A DNA stretch of 55,226 bases from Octopus bimaculoides (taxonomy: Eukaryota): positions 9,610,234 to 9,665,459 of the forward strand of contig NC_068984.1 in NCBI RefSeq assembly GCF_001194135.2, given 5' to 3'. The notes beneath the pieces were generated by a model. The model saw only the letters and a list, made by a program, of their open reading frames with translations, had not been told where the DNA came from and searched no databases. Below, one piece after another: positions 1 through 11,720 of the stretch. Each line of letters opens with the position of its first letter. Within the stretch, counting starts at the first letter, position 1. Made by a program: the position numbers and the translations under genes.

Positions 1-16
1 ATATATATATATATAT

Positions 17-167
17 ACGACGGGCTTCTTTCAGCTCCTGTCTACCAAATCTACTCACAAGGCTTTAGTCAGCCTGAAGCTACAGTAGAAGATGCCATGC
101 AGTGGAACAGAACCAGGAACCATGTAGTTGGGAGGCAAGCTTCTTACCACACAGCCACGCCTGCGCC
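17..167 (-). mobile_element. tRNA-derived SINE family A, head region
   Basis: Reverse complement of GGCGCAGGCGTGGCTGTGTGGTAAG...GGTTCTGTTCCACTGCATGGCA...GAAAGAAGCCCGTCG(TA)n. Pol III A/B-box-like motifs; more than 12 similar copies in the window. Confidence 0.85.
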
Positions 168-607
168 TTTAATTCTTTTCTACTTAATTAACCAATGAAA
201 CTGGTGCATAAGCTACTCGCTTTACTAGCATTTCGTCTTTCCTTACACAGACACAAACATATGCACACTAAAAGATGCACACAAATACGGAGAGAGAAAA
301 TAAGAAAGAGAGAAACAGAGAACAAGAAACCTCTTGGCAAAACCCCTTTTCCTGCTTTGCTGTCTAGTATTAGAATCGTGAAATATTCCTCAGCCCACGG
401 ATTTCATTCCATACAACTCGTCTACAATCGCAGACTTAGCTGTGTAATTAAGAAATTCGTTTCGCAACCATGTGGTTTTAAGTTCGATTCCACAACGTAA
501 CACCTTGCGCAAATGTCTTTTGTCATAGCCTTGACCAATATTTTCCGAGTGAGGATTTGATAATCGTAAATGTAAGCTACACTGAAACTCATATATATAT
601 ATATATA

Positions 608-1728
608 CAAGGGTTGGACAAAATAATTGAAGCACCTTAAAATTTCAAACAAATTTATTTTAATATGGGGTAGGACCGCCTTTGGCAGTAATTACAGCTT
701 GATTTCTACGAGATATGGACTCGTACAAAGTTTGAATTGTTTTCAAAGGAATTTTTGTCCATTCTTCAGCTAAAACAGCCTCCAGTTCTTGTAGTGATGA
801 TGGTGGAGGATATTGACTCCTTACTTGTTTTTCTAAAATGCACCATAACTGTTCAATGATATTGAGATCTGGGGACTGTGGTGGCCAGATAAGCTGTTCA
901 ACTTTACTAGAATGTTCCTCGTGCCATTCAGTAACAACTTTAGCTGTGTGAATTGGTGCATTATCATCCTGAAAGATTGCGTTTCCCTCCTGAAACAGTT
1001 TTGCAACCATAGGATAAATTTGATCAGATAAAATTCTTAAATAGTCTTAACTATAAATTCTGCCATGAAGGGAAACTATTGGGCCGGCGAATCTCCAAGA
1101 TATACCCCTCCAAATCATCACAGATTCTCCTCCATGTTTAAGAGTTGGAAGGAAGCAGTCTAGGTCAAATGCTTCTTTTAGCTGTCTCCACACGTATATT
1201 CGGCCAGTGGTCAGAAACAAGATAAAAGATGACTCGTCCAAGAAAATAACATTCTTCCATTGCTCTAGGGACCAATTCTGCAGGTTTTTACTCCACTCTA
1301 AACGCTTTGTAACGTTTGTTTTTGAAAGTGGAGGTTTTCTGGTTGCAGCCCTCCCGTGAAATCCGACGTTGTGCAGCTCCTGTGGAAACTGAGTTCTCGA
1401 GGGGGGTCATTAAGCTCTGCAGTAATTTTGGGAGCTGTACTTTTGTGATCGTTTCTAACAATTCGCGTAAGAGTCTGACGGTCCCTATCTGAAAGTTTTG
1501 GTTTTCTTACGGAGTTTTGTTTCGACGAGGCGGTTTTTCCCTCTTTCTCAAAAGCTGTCATTACTTTCGAGACAGTACTTCTTGATACACCAAACATTTC
1601 AGCTGTTTTCGTTACGCTAGCGCCTGCTATGCGAGCACCAACAATTTGACGTCTTTGAAAATCCGATAGATGTGTCATTTTAATGAATTTTAATTACCTT
1701 TTTCTGATGATATCTGAAAAGAAACAGC
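608..1728 (-). mobile_element. Decayed Tc1/mariner DNA transposon (DD36E-type transposase, frameshifted); other end lost in or at the N gap
   Basis: TA then terminal CAAGGGTTGGACAAAATAAT at 606-627. Three minus-strand fragments: 1298-1678 (paired-like HTH, MTHLSDFQRRQIVGAR...SRSTVSKV), 1047-1241 (DESSF), 660-1010 (FQDDNAPIH...WPPQSPDLNIIE...AKGGPTPY*). Confidence 0.93.
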
Positions 1729-2409
1729 NNNNNNNNNNNNNNNNNNNNNNNNNNNNNNNNNNNNNNNNNNNNNNNNNNNNNNNNNNNNNNNNNNNNNNNN
1801 NNNNNNNNNNNNNNNNNNNNNNNNNNNNNNNNNNNNNNNNNNNNNNNNNNNNNNNNNNNNNNNNNNNNNNNNNNNNNNNNNNNNNNNNNNNNNNNNNNNN
1901 NNNNNNNNNNNNNNNNNNNNNNNNNNNNNNNNNNNNNNNNNNNNNNNNNNNNNNNNNNNNNNNNNNNNNNNNNNNNNNNNNNNNNNNNNNNNNNNNNNNN
2001 NNNNNNNNNNNNNNNNNNNNNNNNNNNNNNNNNNNNNNNNNNNNNNNNNNNNNNNNNNNNNNNNNNNNNNNNNNNNNNNNNNNNNNNNNNNNNNNNNNNN
2101 NNNNNNNNNNNNNNNNNNNNNNNNNNNNNNNNNNNNNNNNNNNNNNNNNNNNNNNNNNNNNNNNNNNNNNNNNNNNNNNNNNNNNNNNNNNNNNNNNNNN
2201 NNNNNNNNNNNNNNNNNNNNNNNNNNNNNNNNNNNNNNNNNNNNNNNNNNNNNNNNNNNNNNNNNNNNNNNNNNNNNNNNNNNNNNNNNNNNNNNNNNNN
2301 NNNNNNNNNNNNNNNNNNNNNNNNNNNNNNNNNNNNNNNNNNNNNNNNNNNNNNNNNNNNNNNNNNNNNNNNNNATTCTTAAAATTCTCTCATTTAAAAA
2401 AAAAATTTG

Positions 2410-2590
2410 AAAATTTAGCAGTAACCAGAGTGACGAGACACAAACAACCAATCAAAATTTAGCAGTAACCAGAGTGACGAGACACAAACAACCAATCAAA
2501 ATTTAGCAGTAACCAGAGTGACGAGACAACAAACAACCAATCAAAATTTAGCAGTAACCAGAGTGACGAGACATAAACAAGCAATCAACC
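2410..2590. repeat. 44-bp tandem repeat, about 4 copies
   Basis: AAAATTTAGCAGTAACCAGAGTGACGAGACACAAACAACCAATC starting at 2410, 2454, 2498 and 2543. Confidence 0.92.
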
Positions 2591-2958
2591 AATAAAAATA
2601 AAATCGTTTTCAGGTCGTGTTAAAACCAACAGATCCAAATAATGCAAATGACTGCATATAATGCAGTGATATAGAAAGATTATAAGAGGTGTGATGGTCC
2701 CAGGTTTATGTAATATTAAATATGTATCCCTCATTGGTTCGTAAATACTGAGTATTATCATAACACCTCAGGATACAAAATGTTCTCTGGTTTTATCCAC
2801 AGTGACATAAATAAGTTATGGTGGTTTCCAACTATTTAAATTCCTATATAAAACATGCCATCAACAAGGTAGTATTCCTCAAAATGCAATCCAGCAACTG
2901 CTTATGTTTGCTTTTGGGGATTTGACACACTCAGTGAAATGAGAACAGAAGTGTAAAT

Positions 2959-3140
2959 GTAGTAAAGATTGTTTGTCAACATAACATGGCAGTCCTGGTT
3001 TAGGACTAATGTTGCTGCAATTTAGCCCCAGGAGACATCGTCTCCAGCTGGCTATACGACACGATCTGTGCCCTTATAATTTTCGAACATTAGTCATAAA
3101 CCAGGACTGTCATGTTATGTTGGCAAACAATCTTTACTAC
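2959..3140. repeat. Fold-back inverted repeat, 55-bp arms
   Basis: 2959-3013 is the reverse complement of 3086-3140 with about 3 mismatches; 72-nt spacer. Confidence 0.9.
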
Positions 3141-3987
3141 AAAGTATTGTTGCTGAATATCTCACGGTTTCTTTCTCCTCGCAAAGGAAATTCAGAAGAT
3201 GTAAGTGAATCAAAATGTGTGCCTCACTGAAGACCTTTTTACTGCAGGAATAATGATAGAAAGCAAATTTCAACATAAAATACTATAAATTTAGTCCCGT
3301 AGCCACAAAATTTGACTCGCCGCATAAATTCATTAAAATCACATAATATGACGCGTACAGTATAACCAGCTGCAGGTCTACATTAGTCAAGTGTTTTTCT
3401 AAGATTATAAACCTTGCCAAACAGAAACAGACAGCAAGGGAGTGAGAAGTAGAGACAGGGAGAGAGAAAGACGGAAATAAAGAAAAATAGATGGTAATTG
3501 GGAGAGAGAAAAAGGAAGAGATAGTGATATAGTGATAAAGACAGAGAGAGAAACGAAGAGAAAATTTTGAAATGGCAAAGCTTTCAATGAGCAGAAAGAT
3601 AGAATGTTAAAACATTGATATTCAGCATTGTAAAGAAAAACTGAGAAATAACAGACGATAGCTACATAACTGCATAGCAAAAGATCAAGATGGACATATA
3701 CACTCTTATAAGGGTTTTGTGTCTGTATGTGTGTGTGTGGATGAATATATATATATGTATGTATGTATATATATATGTATATATATATATATATATATNN
3801 NNNNNNNNNNNNNNNNNNNNNNNNNNNNNNNNNNNNNNNNNNNNNNNNNNNNNNNNNNNNNNNNNNNNNNNNNNNNNNNNNNNNNNNNNNNNNNNNNNNN
3901 NNNNNNNNNNNNNNNNNNNNNNNNNNNNNNNNNNNNNNNNNNNNNNNNNNNNNNNNTGTACTGGAACGAAAACAATTGCAACGTGGA

Positions 3988-4327
3988 AGCCATTTAAAAA
4001 CACACAAAAACCGTTAGATTCACTTCAACATTTAAATTTAATTTGCTAAAATATTTTCGTCGCTTTGAGACCGCAACCTGTTAACTGACAAAATATGTTC
4101 TGTCCAGAAAGGGAGACTAATAACAGTCTGTTATTAGTCATTGGCGTTATGTAAAGAATAGGCCATATCATTAAAATGCTAGAGGTTTTGAAAGACTTGT
4201 TATGGTTCTGGCTATCACAGAATTTTGTCAGTGAACAGGTCGCGGTCTCAAAGCGACGAAAATATTTTGGCAAATTAAATTTAAATGTTGAAGTGAATCT
4301 AACGGTTTTTTCTGTTTTAAATGGCTT
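3988..4327. mobile_element. MITE-like fold-back element (about 107-bp inverted arms)
   Basis: 3988-4095 pairs with 4221-4327. The spacer recurs, inverted, at about 5305-5423, so the sequence is a dispersed repeat. Confidence 0.7.
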
Positions 4328-5435
4328 ATAAACACCTTCTACGCTACAATTGTACAAGAAATTTCATATTCGGAAAGTGGAGATTTCGGACGGGCTTGTA
4401 AAGCGTGCCGGTACGGCACGGTACGCTACACAAACCCGTTTGATAACTGAGTTACTCGAGCATGAAACTTCAAGTAGCTCACGTATAACTCCTGTGTCTA
4501 TTAAACCATGTATACATATATTATATTATATTATATTATATTATATTATATTATATTATATTATATTATTTGGGCATCTATGTATCTCTTCTGTCGTAAT
4601 ACATCGTCAAAAACTGATACTCTTCAAAGTGAAATCCTCTGCACCGAATTACGGATACTCCCTTGTCAGTCTCACAATCAGAATTGCAGTGACCCAATGA
4701 TTATCTTGTAACCAGTTGTTTCGCTTCAACCAGCGATACAAAAACTATGATTTCCAATAAATACGAAGTACTTGCTGTCAATTATTTCCTTGGGTTGACA
4801 ACATTGAAGAACGACACCAAGGATCTATCATTCTTGTCAATCAATCAATTAATAGACAGCCATATTCGCTTTAACTGTGTGCCCTCTCCGAAGAAGACTT
4901 CATGTTACGCTGCTTCCTCATTCTCCGCACGTAGGTCTTGCCTACACGATCTTACCATCTCCGGTTAGACCGCAACGTATTCCACAATAAAATATCAATA
5001 GTCTCCAAATCGATGGGGGTGTTATTTTCGTTGTCGTTGTTGTTAGCAAACTTATGGTCGAAAGCAAACCATCCAAGACCATATTCACCTTTCCCTCGTG
5101 TGCAGAAGTCTTTTTAAAGTGTTAGGGTGTAATTTAAGAGTGTGAGATTTGGTTGCTATTTCTACTACATCAAGTGACCAGCAAGAAGCTCCATTGTTCT
5201 CGTCACCAAATTAGTTTCCAGTAAAAAGTTCTAAGATGCACGATAGCAAAAGACATCCTAAGAATAACTATCAATTTCCTTTCCTATTTGTTCGTGAAGA
5301 ATACATAGCCAGAACCAGAACCAGTCTTTCAAAACCTCTAACATTTTAATGATACAGCATATTCTTTACATAACGCCAATGACTAATAACAGATTGGTCT
5401 CCCTTTCTGGACCAGAACATATTCTTGACTTGAGC

Positions 5436-5998
5436 TGTTACCAATCCTATACAGAATGCAAGTAAGTCTTGGACTTCAGTTTCTGCCCACCAAGGCAACA
5501 TTATTGACCCCCAGTATATCTCGGACTTCTGTATAAATCATGTATACGTCTAAGGCTTGAATAGTGACCACTCATATATCTAAGGGTTCAATATTACTTA
5601 CCCATATATCTAAACCTTGAGCGCTGACCACCAGTTCAGCTAAGACGGTGTACACACTACACTCACATATGTCATAGACCGTATATAAGAAACGGTCATC
5701 TCTTCTCTCGTTTACACGATTGGGGCCGTCTTTTTGCTCCTACAGAATAAGCTGAGTTTATACCAACGCCGACTCAGCCTACACGAAGCCGTTGTACCTC
5801 TCATCGTGAACACCTCCACTATATATCCGTTCTCCTGGTCATGGATTAAATTATTTCTCTGATTCTTCTGCAAAATTACAACACTTTGGAAGCCCCTTTT
5901 ACGCATTCCCATTCTAAGCATTAACATACAACAATTTAGAATATATACTAGCTATATTCCTTACCCCATTAATCTAGAAGAATCTAATTTGTCTAACA
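5436..5998 (+). mobile_element. Candidate solo LTR
   Basis: TGTTA...TAACA termini, short internal direct repeats (CATATATCTAA), TATATAA at 5682. No clean target-site duplication. Confidence 0.4.
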
Positions 5999-6419
5999 CT
6001 GCGCACTTCTAATTAGTTTAAACACTACACATTTTCCTCTTCAGCATAACAAACACAAAAGTACAGTCAAAAGGGATTCTCGTGTCGTGTTGACATAGGA
6101 GTGACTAATTGTTTTCATCAACTGGACACCCTATTCCCTAAATTAGCGTGCAAAGTGGTGGAGCATTCCACAGACCTTAAAGTACTCATAAATAGTTCTC
6201 GAGTAGAATCAGCGTCACACAGTGTGATATTGTCCATCCAAAGAGCTTCTACACAGTTCTCATGCCATTTTACTCACAAGGCTTCGGTCGACCCAACACT
6301 AAGATAAATGCACCAACCCAAGATGTATGAGCCAACTCGAAACTCACAATTATGAGACGAAATTCTTGACCGCACAACCAGACCAACATCCACAAAAACA
6401 CTAAGACACAAACACACAT

Positions 6420-7303
6420 TTAAATCTGTACAATCCCACAGAAACAAGTATGAATATTTATGAATGTAAACATATATAAAAGATTTACAGGCATTAAAAC
6501 ATTACATTTCGTCCCTTTATTTTCATTATAAGCATTCAAACCACAAACCTTATTCTCTATTGGTGGGTTTATCCAGCTCTTGTTGTCACGAAAGTTTAAA
6601 AAGCTGTAAGGAAAATCATAGTTGTAAAATCCATCGTTAAACACCTCATCGGAGGGTTCACGTATTGCATAATGCGGCTCTTCCGGTAAACTGAGAGGTT
6701 GGTTGGGGAAATAACAGCTGGTCGTTTCATGTGTGGATTGCGGTGGCATAGAAGGGTTCTGACTCTGGTCGTAATTCAACGGAAGGTAAAATTCCACATT
6801 CGGCACCGGGTATTCATTGGGCCACAAGTTTTTATCGTAATCACAAAAGTTCTGCTGGTAAGTAGGATAACCATCGATCGTATGGTTCCACTCCCAGGCG
6901 GGAGAGTTATATGAAGTAAAGTTCTCTCTTTCCCTGCTTCGGGATTCGTGAAATGATGGTTTTTTCGTGGAGGCTTGTCGCTTCTGTGGACTGTCTTGGA
7001 TAGATTCTGTACTTTTGGAAGACTCATAATCATGGCTGGTGCTGGGATAATTACTGCGTCGCTCCTCTTCCGAATGCTTTGACCCACGGCTATTCTTGCT
7101 CTTTGACAAATTCTGATAATTCTTCTTTCTTGGATAACATTGGTTGTCCGAAGATCGAGGAACAAAGCTTCGGTGCCAGGTATGAGTTTGTTCACGTGAT
7201 GGAGTACTAGAATCTCGGCGTTTGGAAGCAGTGTAATCGCTCTTGGATTGATGGCGGTTGGTCCTTTTAGGCGGCTTCTGCTTTTCAGGTTTGGTATGAC
7301 TAT
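6420..7303 (-). CDS. Large (probably terminal) coding exon of an unidentified gene; about 294 aa, Ser/Arg/Pro-rich low complexity
   Basis: Acceptor ctctctttgattttcag| (AG at 7305-7304). Phase-1 frame (x)AT AGT CAT ACC... (SHTKPEKQKPPKRTNRH...) stays open to the TAA at 6420, extending the listed 229-aa ORF by about 65 codons. Confidence 0.7.
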
Positions 7304-7388
7304 CTGAAAATCAAAGAGAGAAGGGTTTGATTATTCTCTTAACAAACAGAAATGGAAAAGATATGGAAATATTTCTTTATACTATTAG

Positions 7389-7517
7389 GCGCAAACATGG
7401 CTGTGTGGAAAAAAGTTTGCTTCCCAACCTCATGGTTCCGAGTCTTCAATCCCACTGCGGGCCGACCAAAGCCTTGTGAGTGGATTTGGTCGACGCAAAC
7501 TGAAAGAAGCCCATCAT
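7389..7517 (+). mobile_element. SINE family A head followed by (TG)n
   Basis: GGCGCAAACATGGCTGTGTGG...GCCGACCAAAGCCTTGTGAGTGGATTTGG...GAAAGAAGCCC. Confidence 0.8.
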
Positions 7518-7524
7518 GTGTATG

Positions 7525-7555
<31 letters not shown>

Positions 7556-9528
7556 CTGTGCGTGTGTGTGTGTGTGTGTGTGNNNNNNNNNNNNNNNNNN
7601 NNNNNNNNNNNNNNNNNNNNNNNNNNNNNNNNNNNNNNNNNNNNNNNNNNNNNNNNNNNNNNNNNNNNNNNNNNNNNNNNNNNNNNNNNNNNNNNNNNNN
7701 NNNNNNNNNNNNNNNNNNNNNNNNNNNNNNNNNNNNNNNNNNNNNNNNNNNNNNNNNNNNNNNNNNNNNNNNNNNNNNNNNNNNNNNNNNNNNNNNNNNN
7801 NNNNNNNNNNNNNNNNNNNNNNNNNNNNNNNNNNNNNNNNNNNNNNNNNNNNNNNNNNNNNNNNNNNNNNNNNNNNNNNNNNNNNNNNNNNNNNNNNNNN
7901 NNNNNNNNNNNNGCGATATTTTGTATATAAAAATAAAAAAAAAGATGCTGAACGTTGCACTGAAAAGCAGCTGGTGGAGAATCTGCCTGGGGTTAAACTA
8001 GTAGTAACATTCACCTGCCACTTTGATGTGATGGCTCGCTTTACTGTTTAGTATACGTTGCTCTTCTATCTCTTCTTGAGATTTTATAACTAACAACTTC
8101 GCTTATAATTAAACACTTATCTGTAATTAAACACCTCCCGATAATTAAAACGATACCATGGATGAACTGGTTGAATTTATTTGAATGAAATCAAAACCTC
8201 ATTCTTCGTTGACACCTCAATAATAACTGATTTTTTTTACAAAACCACAAAGAAGGGTATAGTGGCTTGAATCAACCTCAGTACAGCACTGGTACTTAAC
8301 CTCACCGATCCCAGTACTGCATTGTAACATATTTTGTCGATTTAAATACGTAAAAGGGACGCAACTCTATATTTAGTACAATTTTATTATTCCATTATCT
8401 TGCTTGACAATAATCGTTTTCGGTACAAAAACTCGCTTTGCAGCTATGTCGTTTTAGGTTCAACAGCAATGAGCGGCGCTTTGAGCAAAGACCTTAAGCC
8501 ATCACCTCGAGTTGATCAATGCCTTATGAAGGAAATTCAATAGACTGAAACTAGGTGAGACTGTTCCTGTTCTTGATTGATAAACTTATCAGTCGTTCGG
8601 TTTAACATTATCAACTGGGCCTTGTGTCCCTTTAAAAGGATCCAATCTGTTGCCAGTATTCGAGTTAATTCACCAGGCTGAGGATAACGTCATCCTTTCC
8701 TACAGGTACCCTTTGGGGGCAGCTGTAAGAAGAGATGACGTTGCTCTTCTTCCCTATGATTTTAAAAAATGGGTCCTTTCCGTTTGACACACACGTTCCG
8801 ATTTCATTGAAGTTTTTCGATATCATCGTGGGCTGCACCTGAATGCATCATCGGTGATGTTTCCTGGCGTCAATAGAAGTTTTGGGTCTAAGAGCAATAA
8901 AGCATCTTTGCTCAGGTGACCCTACCAGGGTTGAGAAAGCCCCAGCTTGAGTCCAGTTAGCATTGTCCCCTTCAGGGCTCACACTTCCTGACCTATAACC
9001 ACTTTGAGGCAACCTCTGCTCTTTTCACAGCCAACTCGAGGACCTCTCTATTTACAGGTTAGTCTTTACCGAGAGACAGAGCCATAATTATCGATACAAT
9101 TGGTTTCTTTAATAACAGGTAGGTCTTTAATTGAGTATAGGTCACGTATTTCGGAACAAGGTAGTCATCTGACCTGCAAGAAATAGCAGCTAAATTTCCT
9201 TCGGACACTGTACCGTCTTAGAAAAGATCACATTGGATAATGTGGTCCTGTGTTCCCTGCATATAAGAAACTGGGTATTTTCTGTGAAAATATAAAGAAC
9301 GTGTGAAGTGACTTTATTCAACTGATGGTGCCTTGTACTCGGCTACTTGACCTGCTTGACCTCCCTTAAATAAACTTTATAGGCCCCTATGTTGCAAGGG
9401 CTGCAAACCCTCTGCATCCTACCTCGATGGGGTCAAACATTGTTTGCAGCCCATTAAAAGTTTCTATACAGATGTAGTCTTACATGCCAGTTATGTAAAT
9501 CACAACCATTTGGGGATGGTTTTAAACA

Positions 9529-9542
9529 GTTGCTATGGTAAC
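9529..9542. promoter_or_regulatory. RFX X-box-like palindrome
   Basis: GTTGCTATGGTAAC matches the GTNRCC-N-RGYAAC consensus with one mismatch; start of a CpG-richer stretch. Confidence 0.3.
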
Positions 9543-9857
9543 ATGGCGATGACGATCGTCTGCTGCTGTTAACTGGATAAATCTGACTGGCAAAATGACA
9601 ACAACAAAAAGAATCTCGATCTTTAGCAATTCGTAAATTATTTTATTATTAATTTCTCCTAAAAACGGTAGTTACGACTGTTTCGTAATCGATACGCAGA
9701 ACTACATCTGAACGGAAACGTTCAATAAAATCATGTGAGTCACACTAAAAAGACACGTAAAAAATTGTCGAGTCCGTCTTATTGGAAACTTTGTACCAGG
9801 AAACGTATTTCAGCGGCGTTTGGGAATAGTTATTCATCGCTACTTCATAGGGAAGTG

Positions 9858-10106
9858 GAGGCGCGTAGCTTAGTGGTTAGGATGTCAGCATCATGATCGT
9901 AAGATTGTGGTTTCGATTCCTGGACCGAGTGACGTATTGTGTTCTTGAGCAAAACACTTCATTTCACGTTGCTCCAGTCCACTCAGCTGACAAAAATGAG
10001 TAACGCTGCGGTGGACTGGTGACCCCTCCAGCTGGGGGGAACACATACGCCATTGAAACCGGGGAACCAGGCCCATGAACCTGGCTAGGTTTTAAAAGGG
10101 CGCATT
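9858..10106 (+). mobile_element. tRNA-derived SINE (distinct family, single copy here)
   Basis: A box TAGCTTAGTGG, B box GTTTCGATTCC, central TTGCTCCAGTCCACTCAGCTG...AATGAGTA block. Confidence 0.75.
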
Positions 10107-10469
10107 TATGATTTTTTTTTTTTTTTTTTTTTTACTTTATAGGAAAGGAAAGAAGCAAGAAACCGAGTTTGTTTTTTGTTTTGTTTTTTTTGTTTATTTT
10201 TGCTATTTTCTTTTACTAATTCATACAACGAGAATTACGATTCTGAAAACAATTCTTTATCCAAATTTTTTGTTATTTACATTTTCCCCATCAGTTCCGT
10301 GCCGTTTTCCTTTCCCTATGACACAGTGATGCTATCCCAAAACACCGCCTATTTTTCTTTCTCTATTTTACGAAAAACGACTTATTTCGCTTTTAACTAA
10401 CCTCGATCGTTAACCAGTTAATTTTTAATTCTAAAGGGGGGAGGTTCTTTCACCCTGTAACTCTTTCAC

Positions 10470-10750
10470 CGGAAGCAAAGCTAACGATGTCGTTATAAAC
10501 CACAGGAGATCTAGTGGGTAGCCCCAGAACGAGATGGTTGGATAATATCCACAGACTCAGTTGGTCGCGCTTGGAAATCCAGTCGGAAAGTGCAATAACG
10601 CTTGCTTCTGATAGGATCCTGAAGACTCTACCCACGCGATCCTCCCAGGAATGCTGGGGGAGATGGATGGACGGACGGACGGACGGACGGACGGACGGAC
10701 GGACGGACGGACGGATGGATGGATGGATGGATGGATGGATGGATGGATTA
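10470..10750 (+). mobile_element. 3' end of an RTE-like LINE with (GGAC/GGAT)n tail
   Basis: Encodes GSPRTRWLDNIHRLSWSRLEI...LASDR, resembling the G-R-P-R-x-R-W C-terminus of RTE-type ORFs, followed directly by a tetranucleotide tail. Confidence 0.6.
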
Positions 10751-11540
10751 TAAACAATAGGTATAAATAAATGAAGTGCTTGAATAAATAACAATATTAC
10801 TATAAATTAAAACACTTACTTTGAATAACAACTGACTTCAGTCGTGTACACTGCAATTCCATAATGAATGTAGTAAACACATCAGATTCCTTTCATTATT
10901 TCGCAAAAATCATCAAAATCGCCAGCAATTCTTTCATTTTTTTCTTTATGTTTTTCCTTAGTTCAATCTATATCTTTCGCTTATTCTAAACTTATTATTT
11001 TCCACGGATTAAAATATAAAACAAAATTGATACCGCTAAGTTCACAGGCAAATGGCCCCTGTTTTTTTCTTTTTTACTCAACAAATAACCAGACACATTC
11101 AAGCTCTGATTTGTTTAAGATTTTTTTTTCCTGTAAATAATGGAATCACCATTACATCGAGTCTAAAGATCACTTTGAAAATATAAGTTCTCCTGGATTA
11201 ATTTGCTCTTAATCTCTGCAACTCAGAGTTGACTTAATTCCAACCAACTTGTGAAAATATTTGCAGATATTAATGACAGTGGTTTAATTTTAGGAAACCA
11301 AAATAAGTTCCACGTAAACTTGACTTATTCTTTATGTAACTCTTTGAAATGAATCGCGTCCTTAAGATCAACCGTTGACGGTAGCAGCGTTTTCGGTAAT
11401 TCTTTATCTTTTCTCAAATTTTGGAAGACAATTCTGTACCGTTTAAATTCTGTTCAGAATCGTTTTATTCTTGTTTTGTTTTGGTGACTTGTTAATTCCA
11501 CATCAATATTTATTTTTATAGGACACTGAAGGACACTGCG

Positions 11541-11570
11541 ATACATACATACATACATACATACATACAT

Positions 11571-11625
<55 letters not shown>

Positions 11626-11648
11626 GGCAGGCAGGCAGGCAGGCAGGC

Positions 11649-11700
<52 letters not shown>

Positions 11701-11720
11701 GGATGGATGGATGGATGGAT
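11541..11720. repeat. Compound tetranucleotide microsatellite (ATAC)(AGAC)(AGGC)(AGAT)(GGAT)
   Basis: Directly visible. Confidence 0.97.

Noticed and set aside
1683-2462. Long ORFs spanning N runs (also 38187-39155, 39568-40451, 44942-45518, 46093-46949 and others)
   Set aside because: They are open only because N codons contain no stops.
6776-7195. 139-aa overlapping ORF and the antisense 6699-6914 ORF
   Set aside because: These are alternative frames of the 6420-7303 exon; only the main frame is open from the acceptor to the stop.
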